IMG/VR virus record: IMGVR_UViG_3300045988_116509
Strand: one strand, 5' to 3'
DNA length: 18,581 nt
DNA from: a virus
Position numbers and translations under genes: made by a program. The notes under the pieces are model-generated. The model ran no database searches. It had not been told where the DNA came from and worked only from the letters and a program-made list of their open reading frames with translations. Positions within the stretch are counted from its first letter, which is position 1. Each line of letters starts with the position of its first letter. Positions 1-7,200 of this stretch are shown here, piece by piece.

Positions 1-220
1 AGGAGGGGAGGGGTCCCAGCAGCAATCCTTTTTCCATAGCTGCTCTGTTGTGTGTTTTGCTGTTGCGCTCTGTTATTTGTTTTTCGTGGCTGTCTTTGTT
101 TTGTTTTTGTTTCTCTGTTTTGTTGTTTTCGGTTTTGTTCTTGTCTTTTTTGTTGCTGGTTTTTTTGCTGTTTTATTCTGCAGTTTGGTCGCGTGGTTTT
201 TTTATCGTTTTTTTGCCGCT
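1..220. repeat. Left inverted terminal repeat of a complete linear genome
   Basis: Bases 1-220 are the exact reverse complement of 18362-18581. I checked this by eye, and the ORF-track translations from both ends are identical. It consists of a 39-bp unique terminus (AGGAGGGGAGGGGTCCC...) followed by one 179-bp T/G-rich unit (40-218, about 5 A in total). Confidence 0.95.
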
Positions 221-282
221 TCGGCGTGTCGTGTTTTTTTGTTGTGTTATTATTATAAGTATCAACCAAGGATACAGAAAGG

Positions 283-720
283 ATGGTGTTTGAGGTGACT
301 GGTCTTTCAGTTAGATTCGACACTAGTGTGGATGATGGTATTGAGGTTATTACTTTGTACTATCGTGTTGATGGTCGTTTGTGTGGTTGTAGGTGTTTTA
401 CTGAAACGTATGATTCTTGTTCTGGCGTGACTTGTTCTGCTTTGTTGAATATGATGCGGTTTGTTTATCGTCTTAGGGGGGTGAAGATGTCGGAGCCTGG
501 TAGTATTATGGATGTTTGTATGCAATTGTATGCTCAGTGGTCTGAGCGGGGCGCTCATATTGCTGCTGTTAGGGGGTTTGAGCGTGGTGTGTTGGACGCC
601 GCGGAGGGTAGGTCCGAATGCGAAACGCTGCCCTGTGATATTCATAGGATGTATGAGGATGATTATTGTCGTGGATATCGTGAGGGGTATTGTCATGGTA
701 ATGAGCAACCGGAATTTTAA
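283..720 (+). CDS. Early protein of unknown function, Cys-rich (145 aa)
   Basis: ATG at 283 with AAGGA 10 nt upstream. Third codon positions are strongly T-biased, and the alternative frames look like composition noise. I recognise no domain. Confidence 0.7.
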   Translation: MVFEVTGLSVRFDTSVDDGIEVITLYYRVDGRLCGCRCFTETYDSCSGVTCSALLNMMRFVYRLRGVKMSEPGSIMDVCMQLYAQWSERGAHIAAVRGFERGVLDAAEGRSECETLPCDIHRMYEDDYCRGYREGYCHGNEQPEF

Positions 721-745
721 TAAGGTTGAGTATGAGGGGGAGCAA

Positions 746-964
746 GTGGTGTATTGTTTACGCATTGAGCCGCTTGTTTCGGACCATTCCATGTTCCCGA
801 TTTATTCGGAGGAATACACTGCATCGAATTATGTGAAGGAACTGCAAGCCATTGCGAAGATTATTAACGACGGCCATAGTTTTAAGGCTGACGTTATGTG
901 TCGTAAAATTGGCGTTTACTCATGTCAGGAGTTTAAGGGAGGTTGGGAACGCTATGAGGAATGA
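746..964 (+). CDS. Small early protein of unknown function (about 72 aa, start uncertain)
   Basis: This is the downstream part of track ORF 512-964. The portion overlapping 283-720 looks non-coding. GTG at 746 is preceded by GAGGGGGAG, and an alternative ATG lies at 791. Confidence 0.45.
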   Translation: MVYCLRIEPLVSDHSMFPIYSEEYTASNYVKELQAIAKIINDGHSFKADVMCRKIGVYSCQEFKGGWERYEE

Positions 965-1481
965 TGATAAGGACCGTACGAACTGGTTTGATGATGGCGT
1001 GCTTGATGATGACCGTGTGCGTCGTGTCATTCGTGGTCGTCATCGTAACCTACACTTGTGTGAATACAATCGTGGTGATGGTGATTGGGAGACGTTTTGC
1101 CGTACTGTAGCGCTGCTTAAGGGTTTTTATGAGCCTCAGGGGGCTCAGGTGGCGTTTGCTGACGGCATTGAACATGCGGCGGGCGTTTGCTTGTCTTTGT
1201 CTCCGAGTACGTCTCGTATTGGCGCGTTGGCGCGAACTCAGGATATTGAAATGCTGGGTGGTGTCATTTATGCTCCGGCGATGGTGGCGTGGTGTGCGGT
1301 CTGCCATGTTAAGGGCGCGTCATGCTATGAGATGTGTAAAACTTGGGCTGGTAACGAGTTTGCTCAAACTATCATTAAAATCGCGTGTCGTTGTTTTGAC
1401 AATTTAACTGATTCGCGATATACTGATGAAGACATCGTAAGGATGTCTCGACAGCAGCAACATTATGATAAGGTGATATGA
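954..1481 (+). CDS. Early protein of unknown function containing a CxxCH...C...C cluster (175 aa)
   Basis: Internal ATG at 954 of track ORF 852-1481, with AAGGGAGG at 935-942. It overlaps the stop of the upstream ORF by 11 nt. The sequence contains the motif CAVCHVKGASCYEMC. Confidence 0.65.
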   Translation: MRNDDKDRTNWFDDGVLDDDRVRRVIRGRHRNLHLCEYNRGDGDWETFCRTVALLKGFYEPQGAQVAFADGIEHAAGVCLSLSPSTSRIGALARTQDIEMLGGVIYAPAMVAWCAVCHVKGASCYEMCKTWAGNEFAQTIIKIACRCFDNLTDSRYTDEDIVRMSRQQQHYDKVI

Positions 1482-1798
1482 TTATGGCATACATTAAGCG
1501 AGCAAAGCATTATAGTATCGTGCGTGGCATTATGCGCGGCGACGATGGCGAACTTATTGACACCGAAGTGGTCGTGGATGGCGCATGCCGTACAGCTGAC
1601 ATGGCAATGAAGAAGGCCCGTAAGATTAATAAGGACATGCTGCCTATGTCCGCTGAATATCATGCTCAGGAGGCGCGCATGGATGAGGCAATCTATTGGG
1701 CTAATTGTGAGTTTGGAGATGATAGCATTGTTGACTATTCGGGTCCGGTGAACGGCAACGTGGTTGAGGATGATGTTATCTCTGAGGAAAATAAGTAA
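1478..1798 (+). CDS. Putative p6-like histone-like dsDNA or origin-binding protein (106 aa)
   Basis: The start overlaps the upstream stop as ATGA. It matches phi29 p6 in size (p6 is 104 aa), in position directly upstream of the SSB, in having an acidic C-terminal tail (VVEDDVISEENK), and in a loose by-eye pattern (M..DGE..., basic K/R patch). Confidence 0.35.
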   Translation: MIMAYIKRAKHYSIVRGIMRGDDGELIDTEVVVDGACRTADMAMKKARKINKDMLPMSAEYHAQEARMDEAIYWANCEFGDDSIVDYSGPVNGNVVEDDVISEENK

Positions 1799-1825
1799 TA
1801 ACCCCTATAAGGAAAGGCAACAATC

Positions 1826-2263
1826 ATGGCTGACAACGAAATGACCGTAGTGAACGGCAATAATTTTGCGGCAAACGGCGCTAACGCCGTATCCCACTTC
1901 TTCGACACTACCTCCATGGAAGGTAAGATGGCGCTCTATAACGCCATGCAGACTGCCGATAAGGTTGATGAACATCTTAATGAACCGTTGCATGTCACTA
2001 ACGTGCTTGCTCAGGCTATTGAGGTCGCTAATCAGGAAACCGGCGAAATTAACTCTTCTACCCGCGTTGTTATTCACGCGGAAGAGGGTGACTTCGCCGC
2101 TGCTTCGCCTACGCTGGCGCACGCTTTTGGCAACCTGTTCGCCATTTTCGGTGCGCCGAACACGTGGACTGCGCCTCTTGTTCTTAAGGTGGTGGAGAAG
2201 AAGAGCCGCCGTGGCCATAAGTTCTTCGACCTTGAATTGGTGACCGAGGGCAAGAGTAAGTAA
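1826..2263 (+). CDS. phi29 p5-type single-stranded DNA-binding protein
   Basis: Strong RBS (AAGGAAAGG). By-eye alignment to phi29 p5, recalled from memory, gives FDTTSMEGKMALYNA against FDTETLEGQIKIFNA and LKVVEKKSRRGHKFFDLEL against FKVKVVQGTSSKGNVFFSLQL. A strong hairpin follows the gene. Confidence 0.65.
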   Translation: MADNEMTVVNGNNFAANGANAVSHFFDTTSMEGKMALYNAMQTADKVDEHLNEPLHVTNVLAQAIEVANQETGEINSSTRVVIHAEEGDFAAASPTLAHAFGNLFAIFGAPNTWTAPLVLKVVEKKSRRGHKFFDLELVTEGKSK

Positions 2264-2326
2264 CATGAATGTCCACACCATTTGGTAATATGGTAATGTC
2301 CCTATAGGGGATGTTGCCGCCAGACT

Positions 2327-2374
2327 CACCCCCCCTCGTCGTTTTCCATCCTTGCGGCGAGGGGGGGTGTTTTA
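2327..2374 (+). terminator. Rho-independent terminator or attenuator after the SSB gene
   Basis: A 15-bp stem (CACCCCCCCTCGTCG with CGGCGAGGGGGGGTG, one G:U pair), a 13-nt loop, then TTTTA. Confidence 0.6.
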
Positions 2375-2392
2375 CACTCGTAAGGAGAGGCT

Positions 2393-3337
2393 GTGGCAAA
2401 ACGTAAAGCTAATCGACGCGCCGACAATCTGAAACGCAACGCCGCAATCAGGTCAGCTCAGGTACGTCAGGAGCGGGCGGTAAGGGATTATAGTACCGGA
2501 CGTCTCCCCAAACAAATCACGGAAACGTTTTTGGGAAGGCTTAGCGCCCAGCAGCTTGAACAGGTCGCACGACGTATCGGACAGGAGTTCGGGGAACAAC
2601 AGCAAGCCTTAAGGGCGCGGGATAATGAACCGTATCGGGTTGTGCCTGACGTGCGGATTACGAAACTCGATAGGGAGATGGCGGCTCGACCGTTGATATC
2701 CGACGTGGAGGTTGCCAATGCCCCTTCGAAGCGGCGGAAGACGCTGCGTCAACAGCAGCGCCGTCGGATTGAGGCGCGACGGAAAATCAAACGTGCCCAG
2801 CAGTTCGATGCGTTGAGCATGGCCTCTTATACCGTGGGTGAAGTGCGTGAAATGGAACGTGCGGGCGAATCTCCGTTCGATGTGTTGGGTACTCATACGG
2901 TTGGCGGTTCGGCGCGTGATGACCTTACGCGGAGTCGGGTGAACGTGTTCGGTACGGAACGTGGCATTAGCCATGCGCGTGCGATGATACGAGACGGAAG
3001 CCGTGGGAAGCTCAAACAGGAGATTTTGGAGTATGCCGGGCTTGTGGGACGTGCGCCGTTACGCGCGGGAACCAAGTGGATTCCCGAGAGCGAGGGGGCT
3101 ACGGATTTTGGTAGGGTCGAGCAGCAGTTGGAGGCGTTCGACTCCAGTGTCGCGCAGAAATTCGCGGCTTTGTCCGACCGTCAGAAACGCTGGCTGATGA
3201 ACAACACGAATTTTAGTGCCGTGGTGCGTGAAGCGACATGGTATAATGACAAGGCGCATAAATGGGAGACCAAAGCGGACGCGGGTGACGTTGACACGCG
3301 GATTGACGAATGGATGACCAGCGCAGCACGACACTAA
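2393..3337 (+). CDS. Putative terminal protein that primes DNA replication (314 aa)
   Basis: GTG start with AAGGAGAGG immediately upstream. It lies directly upstream of the protein-primed polymerase, as phi29 gene 3 does. The N-terminus is very basic (MAKRKANRRADNLKRN...), and size and charge pattern resemble known terminal proteins. I could not see direct sequence homology. Confidence 0.5.
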   Translation: MAKRKANRRADNLKRNAAIRSAQVRQERAVRDYSTGRLPKQITETFLGRLSAQQLEQVARRIGQEFGEQQQALRARDNEPYRVVPDVRITKLDREMAARPLISDVEVANAPSKRRKTLRQQQRRRIEARRKIKRAQQFDALSMASYTVGEVREMERAGESPFDVLGTHTVGGSARDDLTRSRVNVFGTERGISHARAMIRDGSRGKLKQEILEYAGLVGRAPLRAGTKWIPESEGATDFGRVEQQLEAFDSSVAQKFAALSDRQKRWLMNNTNFSAVVREATWYNDKAHKWETKADAGDVDTRIDEWMTSAARH

Positions 3338-3350
3338 AAAGGATGGAATT

Positions 3351-4811
3351 ATGAAAGAGCGTCGAATGGCGGCAACGGACGGCGCAACATTATTGACGGA
3401 TGACGGTGTGGAACCGTTGGGGACCTCTGCCGTCATCCGTCTTACCATGCTCGATTGTCATACGCGCGTATGGTGTGCCCACGGATGGCAAGATATCAAG
3501 CCCCTGGCCACCGAACTGTTGAATCGCCTTCCATTGCAACCGAACCCCAGTAAGGACGGCGTGTGGGGGACGTTTAACATTCGTGGCCACTTCTACAGTT
3601 TTCGGGTGCGCATGGGCGGTGTCACCGTGGATTTCTTGGACGTGCGCAATATCACGCGCGATGACGGGCTGAACGTTTCCCGTGAGACGTTTGGCGGTGC
3701 GAATGACTTGGAAACCACGTGGAACATCGTACAGGAGTGTGCCGCACTGAATCTCACGGGCGTCACGATAGCGTCCATGGCGATGACCGATTATATCGGC
3801 GGGGATTACGCCGGGTTCAAACGCCGGTTTCCGCCATTGGATAAGAAGGATTATCGCCGGATGCGTCCCGCCTACTATGGGGCGATAGTACGCAGCAAGC
3901 CGGGCGAATACGGGGATTGTAGGAGCTGGGATGTGAACAGTCTGTATCCGAGCATCATGCACGATATGCCCATGCCGGTAGGTACTCCCGTATGGTATGA
4001 CGGGGAATATCGGGATGATGATGATTATCCACTGCATATCGATGTCGTCGCGTTTGACGCAACGCTGAGGAAGGGGAAGACGGCGACGCTCACCAATATT
4101 CTGCCTGTATGGGGGTATGAGGGCGAACGCTTGGACAGTACGCTCGGCGTCGTCACCATGCCGGTCACGGATGTGGATTGGCAGACGCTTGTGGAAAACT
4201 ATGACGTCCACGTGTGGGAGCATGTCGGCGGCTGGAAATTCCGCAAGTCATACGCCCTTTATCGTGAGTATGTGGACAAGTGGTTTCATGTGAAGCAGAC
4301 CGCGACCGGGGAACGGCGGCAGATGGCGAAACTATTGTTGAATTCACTGGTGGGGAAGTTTGGGGCGTCGCTGTACCGGCCCATGCTGCATCCGAAGCCG
4401 TCCATGGATGGTGGAGTGGATTTTACCGTGGAACAACCCGAGTCGGCCAGCTCTCTCGCATGGCTGCCGACTGCCGCCTATGTCAACGCCTACGGTCGGC
4501 GAATACTGTCTCGTGCGATGAACGCGAACGCCGAACGTGTGCTCTACGCCGACACGGACGGCATGATATTGGAGGGGTTGGATGGGCCCATTGGCATTGA
4601 AACGGATGATAGGAAACTGGGCGCATGGAAGAATGACCACTCTTATGAGAAACTTCGTATTCTCGGCAATCGTAAATATTGCGGCGTAGAGGAAGATGGC
4701 GGCACGGTGATGCGGTTGAGTGGCGTGCATCGTGCCTCCCCCATTCCTTATGACCGGTTTCTGCCGGGGTCTCGCCATCGTAATGACGGTGGCCATACTT
4801 TCGTGCTATAA
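3351..4811 (+). CDS. Protein-primed family-B DNA polymerase, phi29 gp2-like (486 aa)
   Basis: Motif A is DVNSLYPSIM, motif B is KLLLNSLVGKFG and motif C is LYADTDGM. The phi29-like strings YPLHI, DKWFHVKQT and KLGAWK are also present. RBS is AAGGA, 7 nt upstream. Confidence 0.95.
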   Translation: MKERRMAATDGATLLTDDGVEPLGTSAVIRLTMLDCHTRVWCAHGWQDIKPLATELLNRLPLQPNPSKDGVWGTFNIRGHFYSFRVRMGGVTVDFLDVRNITRDDGLNVSRETFGGANDLETTWNIVQECAALNLTGVTIASMAMTDYIGGDYAGFKRRFPPLDKKDYRRMRPAYYGAIVRSKPGEYGDCRSWDVNSLYPSIMHDMPMPVGTPVWYDGEYRDDDDYPLHIDVVAFDATLRKGKTATLTNILPVWGYEGERLDSTLGVVTMPVTDVDWQTLVENYDVHVWEHVGGWKFRKSYALYREYVDKWFHVKQTATGERRQMAKLLLNSLVGKFGASLYRPMLHPKPSMDGGVDFTVEQPESASSLAWLPTAAYVNAYGRRILSRAMNANAERVLYADTDGMILEGLDGPIGIETDDRKLGAWKNDHSYEKLRILGNRKYCGVEEDGGTVMRLSGVHRASPIPYDRFLPGSRHRNDGGHTFVL

Positions 4812-4949
4812 TGACCGGTAGCGGGGTGTGCGTCCCAAGCTGATTCGATGGCCCGACCGACAGGCAGTCGGTAAGGCGATTCGGTCGGATGTAGACGTGC
4901 GTAGCCAACGCCCATTGACGGCGAGGGAACCCGCACAACCTAGCAATCC

Positions 4950-4980
4950 GGCCTGGCAGCGTGATTGCTGCCGGGCCTTT
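4950..4980 (+). terminator. Terminator-like hairpin downstream of the polymerase gene
   Basis: An 11-bp stem (GGCCTGGCAGC with GCTGCCGGGCC, one G:U pair) and a 6-nt loop, followed by only TTT. The U-tract is weak. Confidence 0.4.
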
Positions 4981-4997
4981 AACTGTAAGAGGTGATT

Positions 4998-5339
4998 ATG
5001 GACGATACCGAAAACGATGACAAGCCGGACATCGCGCCGGACACTGAATCGGACGCGACCGCCGATGATAATGCGCCGAATCCGGAGCCTGAGGTTCAGG
5101 ACGATGGCGAACCGGAGGATGCGGGGGACGATAAGAATGCCGATATGGCCAACCGTCTCAGCGCTCTCGAAGCGACCGTGGCCGAATTGTCGAAGACCGT
5201 TGAGGCGATGCGGGATGCGGCGGCCGAGCATGTGCTGAACGATGGTCCTGATGACGATAAGGAGCCGGAATCGTCCGAAATGGCCGACGATGACTATAAC
5301 GGCACTTACGGCACTTTCGACGACCTGTATGAAGAATAA
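4998..5339 (+). CDS. Scaffolding protein, phi29 gp7-like by position
   Basis: ATG at 4998 with AAGAGG 5 nt upstream. The protein is extremely acidic, with a central predicted coiled coil (ANRLSALEATVAELSKTVEAMRDAAA). It sits immediately upstream of the capsid gene. Confidence 0.6.
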   Translation: MDDTENDDKPDIAPDTESDATADDNAPNPEPEVQDDGEPEDAGDDKNADMANRLSALEATVAELSKTVEAMRDAAAEHVLNDGPDDDKEPESSEMADDDYNGTYGTFDDLYEE

Positions 5340-5360
5340 TCATTGGAAAGGAACATTATC

Positions 5361-7097
5361 ATGTCGACTTCTCCTGTGGTGACGCCGAAGCAGCAGCTCA
5401 GGCCGCTCACCGAATTCAACAACGCCCAGATTCTGAACATGATTCGTAATGAGGCGTCTCCCGAATATCAGCGGCGCATGCCTTCCGCCACTCAGATGAA
5501 CATGGACAGGCAGATGGCCACTCTCATGTCCAGCACTCAGCTTAAGAACGAGTTCTATTCGGCGCTGGTCAACCGTATTGGCGGCACGTACGTCAACACG
5601 TGGCGGTGGAACAACCCGTTGGGCGTGTTCCAGCGGGCCTCGCAAGCGTATGGCGATACGTGGCAAGAGATTGCCGTGGGTATGCCGTTGGCGCAAGTGT
5701 ACGACCCGAATGCGGAATATCTCGGTGCGGACAATTTCCGTAAGTGGAAGATTGACGTCGATTCGCTGTATCACCGGCTGGACTTCGCCCACTGGTATCC
5801 GGCCACAACGGACGACAAGACGTTGCAGCGTGCGTTTACGTCCGAAAACGGCTTGGCGTCGCTCACTTCGCAGATTCTCACCTCGTGCTATAACGCGGCC
5901 GAAGTCGACCTTTTCGAAGCCATGTGTCATCAGTTCGTCGAGTATGCGAAGCTCGGCGGCTATTGGCGTGTCCACATGAACAACGATTTGAACGATATGG
6001 GGTCCACGGAAACTCAGGCCCGTGACATGCTGAGGCAGATTCGCGCGTGGGCCGATACGTTGAAGTTCGTCAGCACGCGATACAATGCGCGGCACATGCC
6101 GACGTTCGCCCGTCCTGACGAGCTCGTATTGTTCTGTTCGCCTGAAGTCAAGTCGGCGCTTGACGTGCAAGGCTTGGCCACGGTGTTTCAGCGGACGGAC
6201 GCCGAGCCGACCATCGACCGAATCATCGTCATCCCACAGGACCGGTTCGGCATGGATGGCGTGCAAGCCATTCTCACCACCGATAAGTTCCTCATCGACA
6301 TTCCCGTCATCAACGAGATGACCCAGCAGACGAACCCGGTGAACATCAATTCGGTCAACCATTATCTGCATGTCCAGCACATCGTTTCGGTGTCCGGTTT
6401 CGCTCCCGCCGTAATGTTCTGGACCGGAGACGGTTCCACTGCGAACGCGGTGATGCCGACCGGTACTATGGCCAAAGCGCCGGAGTTCCAGCTGAAGCTG
6501 GCCATGTATGGTGGTGGCTCTGAGACTCCGGCCAATGTGGCTCGTGGCGGTGCGGTACAGGTCACCGCCGATACGACCATCAGCAATGAGGGTGGGGCTT
6601 CGTTCCGTTCGGATGCGGTCAGGTATGCCATCGGCGATACTGTGAAGCCGAAGAGCGATTACACGTACGTTTCGCCTACCGGCGTACTGGTCGTCGGCCT
6701 TGACGAACCGAACACTACCATTCCGGTCACGGCCACCGCGCTGTATACCAATCCTAAGACGCCGGAGGTGTCGGACACCGTATCCGCGGCTTTGGATGTG
6801 TCGGTTGTCGGCGATGGTGTCATCGGCTTCAATCCGTCCATCATCGCGTCGATTGCCGTTACGGTTCCGGCGGTGGCGGAGAAAAAGACGGTTCAGGCGA
6901 GTGCCGTGGCGACCATGATTGACGGACGGACGGCTGATGTGACCATGCAAGCCGCTTGGACTTCCTCCGTTTCGACGAATGCTGCGGTATCCGAGTCGGG
7001 TGCCGTCACCGGTGTTACGGCCGGCGCTTCCGTCATTACCGCCACGCTGTTCGGCGTGTCCGGAAAACGGAGCGTGACCGTAGCCAGCGGAAAGTGA
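5361..7097 (+). CDS. Major capsid protein, phi29 gp8-like, with C-terminal Ig-like (Big_2-type) domains
   Basis: By-eye matches to phi29 gp8: ILNMIRNE against IVNAIRN, NEFYSALVNRIG against NDFITSLVDRIG, CYNAAEVDLFEAM against IYNSAEVDEYEYM, and VSVSGFAPAVMF against LSVSRFANAVAF. The C-terminus (VQASAVATMIDGRTADVTMQAAWTSS...GAVTGVTAGASVITATL) fits the Big_2 pattern. Confidence 0.92.
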   Translation: MSTSPVVTPKQQLRPLTEFNNAQILNMIRNEASPEYQRRMPSATQMNMDRQMATLMSSTQLKNEFYSALVNRIGGTYVNTWRWNNPLGVFQRASQAYGDTWQEIAVGMPLAQVYDPNAEYLGADNFRKWKIDVDSLYHRLDFAHWYPATTDDKTLQRAFTSENGLASLTSQILTSCYNAAEVDLFEAMCHQFVEYAKLGGYWRVHMNNDLNDMGSTETQARDMLRQIRAWADTLKFVSTRYNARHMPTFARPDELVLFCSPEVKSALDVQGLATVFQRTDAEPTIDRIIVIPQDRFGMDGVQAILTTDKFLIDIPVINEMTQQTNPVNINSVNHYLHVQHIVSVSGFAPAVMFWTGDGSTANAVMPTGTMAKAPEFQLKLAMYGGGSETPANVARGGAVQVTADTTISNEGGASFRSDAVRYAIGDTVKPKSDYTYVSPTGVLVVGLDEPNTTIPVTATALYTNPKTPEVSDTVSAALDVSVVGDGVIGFNPSIIASIAVTVPAVAEKKTVQASAVATMIDGRTADVTMQAAWTSSVSTNAAVSESGAVTGVTAGASVITATLFGVSGKRSVTVASGK

Positions 7098-7105
7098 TAT
7101 GATGG

Positions 7106-7127
7106 GAGTGTGGCTTAAGCCGCACTC
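7106..7127 (+). other. Stem-loop immediately 3' of the capsid gene
   Basis: GAGTGTGGC-TTAA-GCCGCACTC, a 9-bp stem with one G:U pair. Confidence 0.4.
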
Positions 7128-7150
7128 TCTCACGGTGTGATGCAAGTCAG

Positions 7151-7190
7151 GACCCGGAACGTGACCTTCGTGAGCGTTCCGGGTCTTGTC
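7151..7190 (+). terminator. Terminator or attenuator after the capsid gene
   Basis: A perfect 11-bp stem (GACCCGGAACG with CGTTCCGGGTC) and a 13-nt loop, followed by TTGTC. Confidence 0.5.
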
Positions 7191-7200
7191 ATACTGGAGG

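Noticed and set aside
1-6. The terminal AGGAGG as a Shine-Dalgarno sequence.
   Set aside because: It lies at the extreme genome end with no downstream start codon in range. It is better explained as terminal reiteration for protein-primed initiation.
48-298. Three overlapping, extremely hydrophobic ORFs in the left ITR (48-293, 50-298, 52-258), with mirror ORFs at 18091-18534 on the minus strand.
   Set aside because: All three frames are open only because the repeat unit has almost no A, so stop codons cannot occur. The Phe/Leu/Cys/Val-only products are a composition artefact, there is no SD, and the sequence is a terminal repeat.
512-745. The upstream part of track ORF 512-964, overlapping ORF 283-720.
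   Set aside because: The translation is low-complexity hydrophobic sequence, and the overlapping 283-720 frame has a consistent codon bias. Only the part downstream of 746 is retained.
2311-2406. A 31-codon ORF (ATG at 2311) spanning the SSB terminator hairpin.
   Set aside because: It has no SD, it is encoded by the two arms of the hairpin, and its composition is dictated by the C8 and G7 runs.
7094-7103. The 10-mer GTGATATGAT occurs three times (1473-1482, 7094-7103, 9501-9510), each time at a gene stop.
   Set aside because: A back-of-envelope estimate suggests one triple 10-mer match in 18.5 kb is expected by chance. The stop codon also falls in a different register within the motif. It is noted as a possible stop/restart context but is not supported.
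5340-7145. A 601-aa ORF on the minus strand, antisense to the capsid gene.
   Set aside because: The product is Arg/Gly/His-rich junk, typical of antisense frames in GC-rich coding DNA. The + strand frame has clear gp8 homology. The same reasoning applies to the antisense ORFs 3390-4223, 4344-4938, 8254-8976, 9910-10640, 13492-14160 and 15532-16089.
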